This document shows positions 39,228 to 50,211 of a stretch of DNA of 59,647 bases, piece after piece (positions within the stretch are counted from its first letter, which is position 1; each line of letters begins with the position of its first letter). The position numbers were made by a program, and so were the translations under genes. This stretch comes from Clostridia bacterium (GTDB taxonomy: Bacteria > Bacillota > Clostridia > Oscillospirales > CAG-272): positions 1-59,647 of the forward strand of contig JAFTPX010000002.1 of NCBI GenBank assembly GCA_017463065.1. The letters run 5' to 3'. Under the pieces are notes generated by a model. The model had not been told where the DNA came from, did not search any database, and saw nothing but the letters and a program-made list of their open reading frames with translations.

Positions 39228-40049
39228 ATGAAAAGTATCACGTTTGGGCAGTTTTATCCTGCTGATTCGGTATTGCATAGATTGGATCCGAGAATCAAGG
39301 TGATTCTTACGGTTTTGTACATCGTGTGTTCCTTTTTGTGCAAGAATATAGTTAGTTTTGCCTTGCTGTTGCTCTCCTCGCTTTTGTTGATCGCGGCGGG
39401 AAAGATTCCCTTGAAGATCATTCTGCGAGGTTTGCGGCCTGTATTGATTATTTTGATCTTTACGGCGGTTTTGAATATATTCTGGACGAAGGGCGAGCAT
39501 TTGTTGTTCGGTTGGAAATTCATTCAGATTTATGCGGAGGGCTTGTACGCCGCGCTGTTTATCCTCATTCGCATCGCCGCGTTGATCATCGGAACGGGAA
39601 TGCTGTTGACCTATACGACAACCCCCATCGCCCTGACCGATGCGCTGGAGGATTTGCTGTCCCCCTTGAAGAAGCTTCACGTTCCCGTCCATTCCTTCGC
39701 CATGATGATGACCATTGCGTTGCGGTTTATTCCTACCTTGGTCGAGGAAACCGATAAGATCATGACAGCCCAGAAGGCAAGGGGAGCGGATTTTTCCACG
39801 GGTAGCCTGATTGACCGTGCGAAAGCTCTGATACCTGTTCTTATCCCTCTGGTAGTATCCGCTTTTAACCGAGCGGAGGATCTGGCGATCGCCATGGAGT
39901 GTCGGTGCTATCACGGAGGAGACGGACGAACGAGAATGACAGTTCGCCACCTTCGTGTTGCGGATTTTGTTCCGCTTGCGCTTGTTGTTTTACTGGGAGC
40001 CTCCTTGATCGCCTTGAACGTGATCGGCTTCGGATATACGATGAGGTAA
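39228..40049 (+). CDS. ecfT: ECF transporter T component
   Basis: HRLDPR, IALRFIP, AQKARG, AMECRCY. Confidence 0.93.
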   Translation: MKSITFGQFYPADSVLHRLDPRIKVILTVLYIVCSFLCKNIVSFALLLLSSLLLIAAGKIPLKIILRGLRPVLIILIFTAVLNIFWTKGEHLLFGWKFIQIYAEGLYAALFILIRIAALIIGTGMLLTYTTTPIALTDALEDLLSPLKKLHVPVHSFAMMMTIALRFIPTLVEETDKIMTAQKARGADFSTGSLIDRAKALIPVLIPLVVSAFNRAEDLAIAMECRCYHGGDGRTRMTVRHLRVADFVPLALVVLLGASLIALNVIGFGYTMR

Positions 40050-40052
40050 GCC

Positions 40053-40817
40053 ATGGAACGGAAAATTTTATTGCATCTCTCGTTTTTGGGGACGGCATAT
40101 TGCGGATATCAGATCCAGCCCAATGGCATAACCGTCCAGCAAAAATTAAACGAAGCGACCAAGGCGCTGTTTGGCTTTGATTGCGATATCGTGGGTTGTA
40201 GCCGAACCGATAGCGGCGTACACGCCAATCATTTCTGCGCTACGGTATCGGAAAAGGGGAAGAACGCTATTGCGACGACCGTTCCGATTGACCGCTTGCC
40301 TTTGGCGATGGCGCAATTTCTTCCCGAGGACATTGCGGTGTTTGACGCCGAATATGTGGATTCCTCGTTTCATCCAAGGTATGACGTGAAATATAAAGAA
40401 TACGTCTATCGCATCTGGAATCGACGGGAACGCAATCCCTTTTTGTCGGATCGGTCGTGGCATTATCCCAAGACGGTCGGCGACGATGGGTTGGCACAGA
40501 TGAAGGAAGCCGCAAAGCACTTTGTTGGGACACAGGATTTTGCTACCTATATGGCGGCGGATTCCAAGGTGTCCGATACAGTTCGAACCATTTACAAAGC
40601 CGAGGTCAACAAAGAAGGCGACCTCATTGAGTTTCGGGTGTCGGCGGACGGATTCTTATATAATATGGTGAGAATTCTCACGGGAACCCTGATCGCCGTG
40701 GCGGAACATAAGATCCTTCCCGAGGAAATTGAGAGGATCACCGCCTCGAAGGACAGAAAGCAAGCAGGAATTACGGTCCCCGCTCACGGACTGTTTTTAG
40801 ATAAGGTCGTATACTGA
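40053..40817 (+). CDS. truA: tRNA pseudouridine(38-40) synthase
   Basis: GCSRTDSGVHA, GFLYNMVR, PAHGLFL. Confidence 0.96.
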   Translation: MERKILLHLSFLGTAYCGYQIQPNGITVQQKLNEATKALFGFDCDIVGCSRTDSGVHANHFCATVSEKGKNAIATTVPIDRLPLAMAQFLPEDIAVFDAEYVDSSFHPRYDVKYKEYVYRIWNRRERNPFLSDRSWHYPKTVGDDGLAQMKEAAKHFVGTQDFATYMAADSKVSDTVRTIYKAEVNKEGDLIEFRVSADGFLYNMVRILTGTLIAVAEHKILPEEIERITASKDRKQAGITVPAHGLFLDKVVY

Positions 40818-40852
40818 AATTGTAACGATTCATAAAGAAAGGAGGACTGCCA

Positions 40853-42151
40853 ATGAAAAATCCATTCCGAAACCATCAGGGAATTGACGTGGAGCAACGG
40901 GAAGCCGATTTGTCGGACGCAAGCTTCGCACGAAAAATCGGGTCGTTTTTCAATCCCGCGCCGCAAAGGGAAAAGGTTCTGCGCCATGAGGATTTCAATG
41001 CTGCGGGCGACGTATATTACGCTACCGTTTCCGCAGGCTATAAGGTTGCGCAACGGATTTTATGGCTTTTTTTCGTATTTTTTATGGTGTTTTCTATTGC
41101 AACCAATTATAAAGAGATTACGTATGATAACTTTTTTTATCTGGTCAAGGATTTTACCAGTGCGGCAGATGCGGGGAACAATACCTACGAAACCTTGTCC
41201 TATGAATCGGATTCCAGACAGAGCTTCGTTCTTTATCGCGGCGGTGTGGCTACGGTAAGTCCCTCTAAGCTTTCAATTTTTACGGCAACAGGGCGGAGAA
41301 CCCTGAACGAGTCCTCCAGCTTTTCCTCGCCGTATGCCATCAGCTCCAACAAATACGTACTGATATACGATACGTCGGGCACAACCTTTTCTCTGTATAA
41401 CTCCTTTGCCAGAGTCTATACCGAAACGCTGGACTATCCCGTGACGGGAGCTTGCCTTTCGGAGGATGGTTCCTTTGCCATCGTTACCCGCTCCGCGGAC
41501 AGCCGATCGGTGATCTGCACGTATAATAAGCAGTTTCACAAAACGGCAGAGCTGAGAGCGGACTATTACGTTTTCGATATTGAAATGAATACGGATAAAA
41601 AATCTCTTTCGTTTTTGTCCTATGATGCGGGAAACGGAACAGGGCGAACCGTGTTGTCCGTTCGGGATCTTGGGACGATGGAGGAGATCGATCGTGTCGA
41701 GCTGGACGGAGAATTTCCCCTGGCGTGCGGATATTTGGAAAAAGACCGATTCGCGGTCATCACCGATCGGTACATTCGAATTTTTGACAGTGTGTTTGAA
41801 ACCGTTGAGATCAGCGACGATTATTCGGGCGGAAATATTACGGGTTATTGCCTGAATGAGCACGGCGTCGCCGTATCCGCTACGGTTTCTTCAAAAAATT
41901 GCATTTTTGCGTTTGACAAATCGGGGAAATTATTATATAATGATTTCGTTTCCTTTCAAGTTTCGGATATTTGGGTTTGCGAGTCCTACTTGTTTCTACA
42001 AACCGAACGGGGCGTAACAAGATTCAATACAAAAACCGAGGAAGAGGAAAGTTTGATATCGGGACATGGAAAACTATTGGTTTATAACGCGAATACTGCG
42101 CTGATTTGCGGAGAATCCAAAGCAGAATATTTGATTTTTAAAAACAATTAA
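40853..42151 (+). CDS. DUF5711-like membrane-anchored beta-propeller protein
   Basis: Single N-terminal TM, repeated beta-strand blades, VLIYDTSG. Confidence 0.6.
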   Translation: MKNPFRNHQGIDVEQREADLSDASFARKIGSFFNPAPQREKVLRHEDFNAAGDVYYATVSAGYKVAQRILWLFFVFFMVFSIATNYKEITYDNFFYLVKDFTSAADAGNNTYETLSYESDSRQSFVLYRGGVATVSPSKLSIFTATGRRTLNESSSFSSPYAISSNKYVLIYDTSGTTFSLYNSFARVYTETLDYPVTGACLSEDGSFAIVTRSADSRSVICTYNKQFHKTAELRADYYVFDIEMNTDKKSLSFLSYDAGNGTGRTVLSVRDLGTMEEIDRVELDGEFPLACGYLEKDRFAVITDRYIRIFDSVFETVEISDDYSGGNITGYCLNEHGVAVSATVSSKNCIFAFDKSGKLLYNDFVSFQVSDIWVCESYLFLQTERGVTRFNTKTEEEESLISGHGKLLVYNANTALICGESKAEYLIFKNN

Positions 42152-42201
42152 CAATCAGAAAACGATAGATAAAATAAAGAAAAGTGAGGATAAAACGGTC
42201 G

Positions 42202-42780
42202 ATGAAGTTGAAAAATATTCCCAATCTTCTTTCGGTAATAAGAATTTGCTTGGTATTTGTTTTTGTGGCACTGTTTTTTACAGCCCACGTCTATGCGGCA
42301 CTCTTTGTCTTTTTGTTAGCGGGCGCTACGGACGTGTTGGACGGTTATCTGGCGCGAAAAAACAATTGGATTACCAATCTTGGCAAAATTTTGGATCCCT
42401 TGGCGGATAAGCTGATGCAATGTACCGTTCTGGTTTGCCTGTGGATCGGAGGCATTATTCCTCTTTGGTTTGTGATCCCGTTCTTTGTAAAGGAATTTTG
42501 TACGCTTTTGATTGGATTGATCGTCATCAAGCGCCGCAGTGTGGCGGTTGTCAGTAAATGGTATGGTAAGCTGACGGTTTGCCTGTTCTATCTCACCATC
42601 GTCGTATCGACCGTATTTGAAAGCTTCTTTGATGCCCATGCGGTTTTGGAAGTGCTTCTCTTTATTCCCGCCGTTGCTTTTGCCGTATTTTCCTTTGCGG
42701 CGTATATCAAGCATTACGCGTATCTGAAGCATGAGGAAATCAACAAGGGAACTCTCTTAAAAATGCGAAAGGAACAGTAA
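42202..42780 (+). CDS. CDP-alcohol phosphatidyltransferase (PgsA-like)
   Basis: PNLLSVIR, TDVLDGYLAR...GKILDPLADK. Confidence 0.9.
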   Translation: MKLKNIPNLLSVIRICLVFVFVALFFTAHVYAALFVFLLAGATDVLDGYLARKNNWITNLGKILDPLADKLMQCTVLVCLWIGGIIPLWFVIPFFVKEFCTLLIGLIVIKRRSVAVVSKWYGKLTVCLFYLTIVVSTVFESFFDAHAVLEVLLFIPAVAFAVFSFAAYIKHYAYLKHEEINKGTLLKMRKEQ

Positions 42781-42812
42781 AAGCATTTTTTACTGCAAGA
42801 AAGCAATAACTT

Positions 42813-45125
42813 ATGGTAATGTGTTCGAAATGCCACAAACGAGTGGCGGTTGTGTTTGTAAATAAAATTGAAAACGGGAATAAGATCGGAGAAGGACTCT
42901 GTATCAAATGTGCCCGTGAGCTGGGGATTCCCGTGGACAATATGCTGGGGAATATGATGAACCAGATGGGAATCTCTCCCGATCAGCTGGATAATATGGA
43001 GGATGAGATCAATAACTTTATCAGCGAATCGCAGAATCTTCCTTCTGAGAACGATGATTTGGAGGAGGGCGGTGCGCCTGCCATTGATCTTCCTCAGCTG
43101 TTTAAGGACGGCGGTGTGCCGTGGAAGCAGGAGGGCAATCCCGCAAAAGGGGGGAAGAAAGCCTCCTCTGGGGATGCTCCCAAGAAAAAATATAAGTTTT
43201 TGGATACCTATTGCCGCAATTTGACCAGACGGGCGGCAAACGGTAAGCTGGATCGCATCATCGGACGGGATCGGGAGCTGGAGCGTGTGATCCAGATTTT
43301 GTGCCGTCGCCAGAAAAACAACCCTTGCTTGATCGGTGAGCCGGGTGTGGGGAAAACGGCAATTGCGGAGGCATTGGCGCAAAGAATCGCCGATAACGAC
43401 GTGCCGTATAAGCTGAAGGGGAAGCAGATTTATCTGGTGGATCTGACCGCGTTGGTAGCGGGAACCCAGTTCCGCGGACAGTTTGAGTCCAGAATTCTCG
43501 GATTGCTGAACGAGGTCAAGGAAGCAGGAAACGTGATCCTTGTAATCGATGAGGTGCATAATATCGTAGGCGCGGGAGATGCGGAGGGAAGTGTCAATGC
43601 CGCAAATATTTTGAAGCCCGCCTTGTCCCGCGGAGAGGTGCGGATTATCGGTGCCACCACCCTCAATGAATATCGGAAATATATTGAAAAGGATTCCGCG
43701 CTGGAGCGTCGCTTCCAACCAGTTTCCGTTAATGAACCCTCCATTGATGAAACCATTGCCATGCTGGAGGGAATCAAGCACTATTACGAGGAATTTCATT
43801 CTATTCGCATTCCCGATGCCGTGGTGCGCCGAGCCGTCGTTCTGTCGGAGCGGTATATTACCGATCGGTATTTGCCCGATAAAGCCATCGACTTGTTGGA
43901 CGAGGCGGCATCCAAGCTGTCCCTGACCAGCTCCGTTCTGAATGAGGCGCAGGAGATTCGCGAGAATTTGTTTGTGCTGAAGGAAAAACGGGAAGGCTTG
44001 GAAAGCAATCCTCCCTCGGAGGAAAAGGAAGCTCGGAAATGCTACGAGGAGATTGCCGAGATCAAGGCACAAGAGATTAAGCTTTCGGAACGGTTGAAGG
44101 AATTGGAGCCTTCTTGCGCGGCGGTATGCTTGCGGGAGGCGGATATCGCGTCTGTCATTGAGGTTTGGACGGGTGTTCCCGCTACGGATATTACCGAAAA
44201 TGAATACGAGCAGATCGATAAGCTGGAGACCCGTCTGAAACAAAGAATTATCGGACAGAACGAAGCGGTGGAGGCGGTTGCCAGAGCGATCAAAAGAAAC
44301 CGCGCGGGAATTTCTTATAAGCGGAAGCCCGTTTCCTTTATCTTTGCGGGGCCGACGGGTGTGGGAAAAACCGAGCTGGTCAAGACCCTTGCCGCTGACC
44401 TGTTCCATTCTCCCGAGACCTTGATTCGGTTGGATATGTCCGAGTTTATGGAAAAGCACTCGGTGTCCAGAATCATTGGAGCGCCTCCAGGATACGTGGG
44501 ATATGACGAGGCGGGACAGCTCACCGAAAAAATTCGCCGCCGCCCGTATTCCGTGGTGTTGTTCGACGAGATCGAGAAGGCGCACCCCGACGTCTTGAAT
44601 ATTTTGTTGCAGATTCTGGATGACGGAAGAATTACCGATTCTCACGGAAAAACCGTAAACTTTGAAAATACGGTTCTGGTGATGACCACGAACGCGGGCT
44701 CCGATCATGCCGCCGCTACGGTAGGATTTTCAGTCAATGAAGGGCGTGGGGACAGCGATAAAACCATGAAGGCATTGTCTTCCTTCTTGCGTCCCGAGTT
44801 TATTAACCGCGTGGATGAGATTATCACCTTCCGTTCTTTGTCGGAAGCGGATTTTGGTAAGATCGCTTGCATAATGTTGGATGAATTGAAAGCCGCCCTC
44901 GCGGAGAAAAACATTCTGTTCACCTATTCTCAGCCCTCCGTGGACTATATTGCGAAAAATTCCTACTCCTACAAGTTTGGGGCTCGGAATATGCGGCGGT
45001 TTATCCGCAGTCACGTAGAGGATCTGATCGCCGAGCATATCGTTTCGGACTATACGAGAAGCATTGCGGGTATTGCCTTAAAATATTCGAAGAAAGACAA
45101 CAAATTGGTTGTTGAGTGTATTTGA
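42813..45125 (+). CDS. Clp protease ATP-binding subunit with an N-terminal Zn finger (ClpE/ClpC-like)
   Basis: CSKC...CIKC, Walker A motifs GEPGVGKT and [17 protein letters not shown]. Confidence 0.92.
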   Translation: MVMCSKCHKRVAVVFVNKIENGNKIGEGLCIKCARELGIPVDNMLGNMMNQMGISPDQLDNMEDEINNFISESQNLPSENDDLEEGGAPAIDLPQLFKDGGVPWKQEGNPAKGGKKASSGDAPKKKYKFLDTYCRNLTRRAANGKLDRIIGRDRELERVIQILCRRQKNNPCLIGEPGVGKTAIAEALAQRIADNDVPYKLKGKQIYLVDLTALVAGTQFRGQFESRILGLLNEVKEAGNVILVIDEVHNIVGAGDAEGSVNAANILKPALSRGEVRIIGATTLNEYRKYIEKDSALERRFQPVSVNEPSIDETIAMLEGIKHYYEEFHSIRIPDAVVRRAVVLSERYITDRYLPDKAIDLLDEAASKLSLTSSVLNEAQEIRENLFVLKEKREGLESNPPSEEKEARKCYEEIAEIKAQEIKLSERLKELEPSCAAVCLREADIASVIEVWTGVPATDITENEYEQIDKLETRLKQRIIGQNEAVEAVARAIKRNRAGISYKRKPVSFIFAGPTGVGKTELVKTLAADLFHSPETLIRLDMSEFMEKHSVSRIIGAPPGYVGYDEAGQLTEKIRRRPYSVVLFDEIEKAHPDVLNILLQILDDGRITDSHGKTVNFENTVLVMTTNAGSDHAAATVGFSVNEGRGDSDKTMKALSSFLRPEFINRVDEIITFRSLSEADFGKIACIMLDELKAALAEKNILFTYSQPSVDYIAKNSYSYKFGARNMRRFIRSHVEDLIAEHIVSDYTRSIAGIALKYSKKDNKLVVECI

Positions 45126-45127
45126 AA

Positions 45128-47833
45128 ATGAACGACAAATGGTTTAAGCTTCAAATCGAACAAATTGAGAAAAAATTGAAAACCAATGCCGCCTCGGGGC
45201 TTTCCCGTAAGGCGGCTCGTTCTCGTATCGATCGGACGGCGGGAAGCTTGTTTTACATACCGCGCAAATCACCGCTTTCGTTGCTGATGGATTTGCTTTC
45301 CGATTTTTCTTTGATTTTGTTGCTGCTGGCGGCAATCGTTTCTTTGTTTTTTGAAGAATTCCGAAGCGGAATGACCGTTCTGATTCTAACGGCGGGAAAT
45401 TTGATTGTGGCATGGTGGTTCTATTATCGGGGAAAGCGGACGGAGGAAGTGCTGCATTCATGTTTTTATCCGATTGTTAAGGTTATTCGCAATGGAAAAC
45501 TATTCCATGTTGATTTCCGATCGGTGGTGACGGGAGACGTCATTCTGGTGGAAGAGGGAGACGTGATCTGCTGTGATGCGAGATTGGTGAATTCCGACGG
45601 CTTGCGTGTGCGGATGCGGTTGGATCGGGAGAGGTTCGTCTCCTTGGAAAAAATGGCGGAGGGACACGTCGGTCCCAACGAATTTCGTGCCGAGGAAATG
45701 GTAAATATGATTCACGCGGGATCGATTGTGGAGAAGGGAAGTGCCAGAGCCATCGTAACGGCGGTTGGAACCTATACCTATCTTGGCGCCATGACGGGAG
45801 GAATTGTTTCGCCCTTTTCCGAAAAGGCTCCAGGGGTGCTGAAGCGGTTAAAAAAGAATTTCTCAAAACTGAACATGATTTTTTTGTTGGCGGTGCTTCC
45901 ATTCAGCCTGATCAGCTTGCTGTTCAGTCATCTGGATGGCGGAACGGTTCTGCTGTCGTCGGCGTTTCTCGTGGCATTGTCGATTGTGGCGACCACCGCG
46001 TCTCAGATGACGGTTACCTTGTTTCGCTTGTTTTACACGTATCAGATCCGTCGGTTGATGAGCGCGCCTCATGCGGCAGTTTTTCGATCGGTGGAAGCTT
46101 TTGATAAGCTTGCGGATGCCGACTACGTCTTTTTGCTGGACGGTTGCGTCTTGACGGACGGAATCCTTCATTTTCAAGATGCCGTCTGTGCGGAGGGGGA
46201 GATTCGGAATTACCGTACGTTGACTCCATCGGCGAAATGCTTTTCCGAACAGGTTGCCCTGTATCACGCGGCGGCGACCAGAACCCTGACGACAGGTGTC
46301 AGCGGCGCGGGAAATTATTTTAAAGCCATGGAGGAATTTGTTCGCAAAAGCGGCGTAGACGAAGGCGCCTTGCGGATCCGATGCTCCATTTTGTCCTATT
46401 CCGTTGGAAATTTAGAGACGTCCGCGGAAATGGTTTGCTTCACGGATCAAGGAAGACCGTTTACTTTGCACGTGTCTCGCTCTTTGACCTTGCTTCGCTC
46501 CTGTGAATTTGCCATGATTGGCGGAGTCCGCCAGCCACTGAGTATCGAAGGGATCCAGCGCTTGGAGCAGATTTGGAATCACTATGAGACGTCGGATCAA
46601 TGCCCGATCTTTTTCTCCTTGTCCGAGGGGCAAATGTCAGCCGCTCATGCGTGTTTCGTCGGTATGCTGAGTCTGCGGGAGGGAGTGGATCCCAATCTGA
46701 CACGCAACGTGTCTCGATTGGAAAAGCTCGGTTGCCGTGTAATCGCCTTTCATCGCAATCTGTCTGACGCTCCTACCATTCCCAAGCAAGGATTTGCCGC
46801 GCGTTGCTTCGCCAAAAAGGAGTTCGTGAGTCATATGGTGCCGCTCACCGAACAGTTCGGCAAGATCCGAATGTATTCGGAGTTCAATGAGGAGGATATT
46901 CTTCAGTTGATCGAGTGTGCTCATTCCCAAGGGAAGCGAGTGATTGCGGTTGGGTTTACGGAGGATGCCTTTCGTATTGCCCAAAAAGCGGATAGCTTTA
47001 TTACCTGCGCTCCCGTCCATTCGAGTCCCATCGGATATTTGGATGAGGAAATTCATACCAAAGAGGTGGCGGGACACCAAAACAGTCTGTCCTGTACCCA
47101 AACGGTGAAGGAACGGGCAGACTGTCTGATCCCACGTCCGTCGGGCGGAAAGGGAGGACTGGCTTCCTTGACGTTGGCGGTAACGAGTGTTCAAACCGTA
47201 TATCGCAATCTTTCCGATTTCTTGCGGTATATGGTATGCACGCAACTCATTCGGTTGTTGACGGTGGCGATCCCAATTCTTTTGGGCAAAGAAGCCTTGG
47301 ACGCCAGACACATCGTTCTTTTTGGATGTGTAATGGATCTGTTTGCGTTTTTCATCTTTATGGGCAAAAAACAGGGCGTCCGTCGGAGTTCTTTCAAACG
47401 GTACGATCAATGCACAACCATGAGGTCGTTTTTTCGCGGCGACCCAATTTTGCTGATTGCTGCGCTGAGCGCAAGCGGTGCGCTGTTGATCCTTCCCGAG
47501 CTGTTTGGCTGGATCGCTCTGGACGGTCTGTATCACGATAAAGCAGAGATTTCCTTGATTGGGATCGTCTTGCTCCATCTTTGTGCTCTGGTCTTCATTT
47601 ATCTGGATGGCGTATCGGATCAAAAAATCTATCGGAATCAGCTCCTGATCCTTGACGTGGCACTTTCGGTTCTGTTTTTGCTCCTTTGCTTCGTCTGGTC
47701 GGAGTTTGGCGCGGTGTTCGGTGTGGAATCCGTACCATCACTGTCCTATTTCGCCTTTGCGCTTTTGCCGTCTGCCTTGTTTTCTTTCTTGATGGCATTT
47801 TTGCCCAAGCGGATGAAAAAGAGACGGGCGTGA
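45128..47833 (+). CDS. Degenerate P-type ATPase homolog (P2-like architecture)
   Basis: GLS..AARSR, KVIRNG, VTGDVILVEEGD..CDARL, VTAVG..TYLG are present. TGES, PEGL, DKTGT and GDGxND are absent. Confidence 0.75.
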   Translation: MNDKWFKLQIEQIEKKLKTNAASGLSRKAARSRIDRTAGSLFYIPRKSPLSLLMDLLSDFSLILLLLAAIVSLFFEEFRSGMTVLILTAGNLIVAWWFYYRGKRTEEVLHSCFYPIVKVIRNGKLFHVDFRSVVTGDVILVEEGDVICCDARLVNSDGLRVRMRLDRERFVSLEKMAEGHVGPNEFRAEEMVNMIHAGSIVEKGSARAIVTAVGTYTYLGAMTGGIVSPFSEKAPGVLKRLKKNFSKLNMIFLLAVLPFSLISLLFSHLDGGTVLLSSAFLVALSIVATTASQMTVTLFRLFYTYQIRRLMSAPHAAVFRSVEAFDKLADADYVFLLDGCVLTDGILHFQDAVCAEGEIRNYRTLTPSAKCFSEQVALYHAAATRTLTTGVSGAGNYFKAMEEFVRKSGVDEGALRIRCSILSYSVGNLETSAEMVCFTDQGRPFTLHVSRSLTLLRSCEFAMIGGVRQPLSIEGIQRLEQIWNHYETSDQCPIFFSLSEGQMSAAHACFVGMLSLREGVDPNLTRNVSRLEKLGCRVIAFHRNLSDAPTIPKQGFAARCFAKKEFVSHMVPLTEQFGKIRMYSEFNEEDILQLIECAHSQGKRVIAVGFTEDAFRIAQKADSFITCAPVHSSPIGYLDEEIHTKEVAGHQNSLSCTQTVKERADCLIPRPSGGKGGLASLTLAVTSVQTVYRNLSDFLRYMVCTQLIRLLTVAIPILLGKEALDARHIVLFGCVMDLFAFFIFMGKKQGVRRSSFKRYDQCTTMRSFFRGDPILLIAALSASGALLILPELFGWIALDGLYHDKAEISLIGIVLLHLCALVFIYLDGVSDQKIYRNQLLILDVALSVLFLLLCFVWSEFGAVFGVESVPSLSYFAFALLPSALFSFLMAFLPKRMKKRRA

Positions 47834-47836
47834 AAT

Positions 47837-47867
47837 TGAATAACGGAAAAGCTCCTTTGCATACAGT
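47837..47867 (+). promoter_or_regulatory. Putative sigma-E-type sporulation promoter for ylmC
   Basis: (tga)ATA-17-CATACAGT. Confidence 0.5.
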
Positions 47868-47904
47868 ATAGTGGATATTTGTATGCAAAGGAGTTTGTTT
47901 TGTT

Positions 47905-48198
47905 ATGGAACGATTCAGTACCTGCGATTTGCGGGAAAAGGAAGTGATTAATCTTTGCGACGGGACACGTCTCGGTTGCCCCGTGGATTTTGAGTTCAAC
48001 GTTTTTGACGGCAAGATCACGGGTTTGATTGTTTCCCGTCCCAGTGGCTTTTTGGGATTGAGTCACGCCAACGATCTTATGATCCCGTGGGGGAAGATCG
48101 AATGTATCGGAGAAGATGCCATATTGGTTCGCTTGAGCCCGTCGGAAGGAGGCACATCCTCAAAAAATAAAAAAGGATGGAGAAATAACTATTTTTAA
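47905..48198 (+). CDS. ylmC: YlmC/YmxH family PRC-barrel sporulation protein
   Basis: LREKEVINLCDGTRLG...IPWGKIECIGEDAILV. Confidence 0.9.
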   Translation: MERFSTCDLREKEVINLCDGTRLGCPVDFEFNVFDGKITGLIVSRPSGFLGLSHANDLMIPWGKIECIGEDAILVRLSPSEGGTSSKNKKGWRNNYF

Positions 48199-48299
48199 TT
48201 GTAAACATTTTGTAAATAGCAAAAAATAGTGTTGCGAGATTACAAAAAATATGGTATAATTTTTTCAATTGCGTTGATGTGGAGATGTTGACGCAAAAT

Positions 48300-48395
48300 A
48301 TAAAATACACACACATTTGCAAGGGGCGATGCGGTGTTGTCATTTGGCAATAAAATCGCTGTGCGATGTGGTGGAAAAACCGAAGGAGGACATGA
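48300..48395 (+). promoter_or_regulatory. Putative rpsB leader (S2 autoregulatory RNA)
   Basis: Long 5' UTR after TTGCGA-17-TATAAT (48232-48260), with ACACAC...GTGGTGG pairing potential upstream of rpsB. Confidence 0.5.
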
Positions 48396-48398
48396 AAT

Positions 48399-49136
48399 AT
48401 GTCTATTATCTCTATCAAACAGCTTCTCGAAGCAGGTGTTCATTTCGGACACCACACCAGAAGATGGAACCCCAAAATGCAGGAGTACATCTTCACCGAA
48501 AGAAATGGTATCTACATCATTGACCTTCAGAAAACCGTTAAGAAGTTTGATGAGGCGTACAACTTCGTACGTGACGTAGCCGCTCAGGGCGGAAACGTTC
48601 TGTTCGTTGGTACCAAGAAGCAGGCTGCTGACGCGATCAAAGAGGAAGCAACCCGTTGCGGAATGTACTACGTAAACGTTCGTTGGCCCGGCGGAATGAT
48701 GACCAACTTTAAGACCATCAAGCGTTCCATCGGTCGTCTGAACAGTCTGGAAAAGATGCAGGAGGACGGAACCTTCGATCTGCTTCCCAAAAAGGAAGTT
48801 GCCGCAAAGCAGAAGGAAATCTTTGACCTGCAGAAGAACTACGGCGGTATCAAGACCATGGAAGAGCTGCCCGCGGCAATCTTCATTGTTGACCCCAAGA
48901 AGGAAAAGAATGCTGTTCTTGAGGCAAAGAAGCTGGGTATTCCGGTTGTTGCAATCGTTGACACCAACTGCGATCCCGACGACGCTGACTACATCATCCC
49001 CGGTAACGATGACGCAATCCGCGCGATTAAGCTGATCTCCTCCGCGCTGGCTGATGCTGTCATCGAAGGCAAGCAGGGCGAGCAGATGGAAGAGGCTGCT
49101 GAGGAAGCAACCGAAGAGGCGGCAGACGCTGAATAA
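48399..49136 (+). CDS. rpsB: 30S ribosomal protein S2
   Basis: [27 protein letters not shown]. Confidence 0.98.
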   Translation: MSIISIKQLLEAGVHFGHHTRRWNPKMQEYIFTERNGIYIIDLQKTVKKFDEAYNFVRDVAAQGGNVLFVGTKKQAADAIKEEATRCGMYYVNVRWPGGMMTNFKTIKRSIGRLNSLEKMQEDGTFDLLPKKEVAAKQKEIFDLQKNYGGIKTMEELPAAIFIVDPKKEKNAVLEAKKLGIPVVAIVDTNCDPDDADYIIPGNDDAIRAIKLISSALADAVIEGKQGEQMEEAAEEATEEAADAE

Positions 49137-49175
49137 TTTCGGATAAAAATATTTTCTGAAAGGACAACAAAAATC

Positions 49176-50105
49176 ATGGCAAATATTACTGCAAAAGACG
49201 TTGCTGCATTGCGCGCAAAGACCGGTATCGGTATGAGGGAGTGCAAGAAGGCACTGGTAGAAGCAAACGGTGACGTAGAAGAAGCAATCAAGATCCTCCG
49301 TAAGAGAGGTGAGCTGAAGGCAGAAGCAAAGGCTGCAACCAGAATTGCGGCAGACGGCATCGTTGACATCATGAAAGAGGGCGACGTTACCGCAATGATC
49401 GAGGTTAACTCTGAAACCGACTTCGTTGCGAAGAACGCTTCCTTCCAGGAGTTTGTTAAGAACCTGCTCAAGACCATCATCGCAAACAAGCCCGCGGACG
49501 TAGACGCTCTGCTGGCATCGGACTACATTGACGGTTCCGCAACCGTTGACGCGAAGCTGAAGGAAATGATTTTCGTCATCGGCGAAAAGATCAGCATCCG
49601 TCGTTTCGTTATTGCTGAGGGTCTGACCAGCACCTATATTCACGGAACCGGTACCATTGGTGTTATCGTTTCCTTTGATGCTGATGAGGCTATTGCCGCT
49701 AAGGACGAGTTCGCCGCATTCGCGAAGAACATCGCTCTGCAGGTTGGCGCATACCCCACTCCTTATTTGAACAAGGAGTCCGTTCCCACTTCCGTTATTG
49801 AAGAGGAAAAGGCAATTTTGATGGCGCAGATTGCAAACGATCCCGCAAACGCAAAGAAGCCTCCTCAGATCATCGAAAAGATGGTTACGGGTCGTATCAG
49901 CAAGTTCTACGACAACAACTGCCTGCTTGATATGGCATATGTTAAGGATGACGATATGAAGGTTGGTCAGTATGTTGACGCTACCGCGAAGGAGCTGGGC
50001 GGCAATATTACCGTAACCGGATTCTATCGCTTTGAAAAGGGCGAGGGCATCCAGAAGAGAGAAGAGAACTTTGCGGATGAAATCGCAAAGCTGACGGGTA
50101 ACTAA
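49176..50105 (+). CDS. tsf: Translation elongation factor Ts
   Basis: LRAKTGIGMRECKKAL, EVNSETDFVA. Confidence 0.98.
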   Translation: MANITAKDVAALRAKTGIGMRECKKALVEANGDVEEAIKILRKRGELKAEAKAATRIAADGIVDIMKEGDVTAMIEVNSETDFVAKNASFQEFVKNLLKTIIANKPADVDALLASDYIDGSATVDAKLKEMIFVIGEKISIRRFVIAEGLTSTYIHGTGTIGVIVSFDADEAIAAKDEFAAFAKNIALQVGAYPTPYLNKESVPTSVIEEEKAILMAQIANDPANAKKPPQIIEKMVTGRISKFYDNNCLLDMAYVKDDDMKVGQYVDATAKELGGNITVTGFYRFEKGEGIQKREENFADEIAKLTGN

Positions 50106-50126
50106 TCCGAATTCTATATCTTGTAT

Positions 50127-50157
50127 TTGCACCTCAATCAACTTGTTTGAGGTGCAA
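50127..50157 (+). terminator. Hairpin after tsf
   Basis: ttgcacctcaa...ttgaggtgcaa. Confidence 0.55.
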
Positions 50158-50211
50158 TACATATTTATAGAGTATTTTGGGGATCAACTCCGAGGAGTGA
50201 AAAGAAATTAA

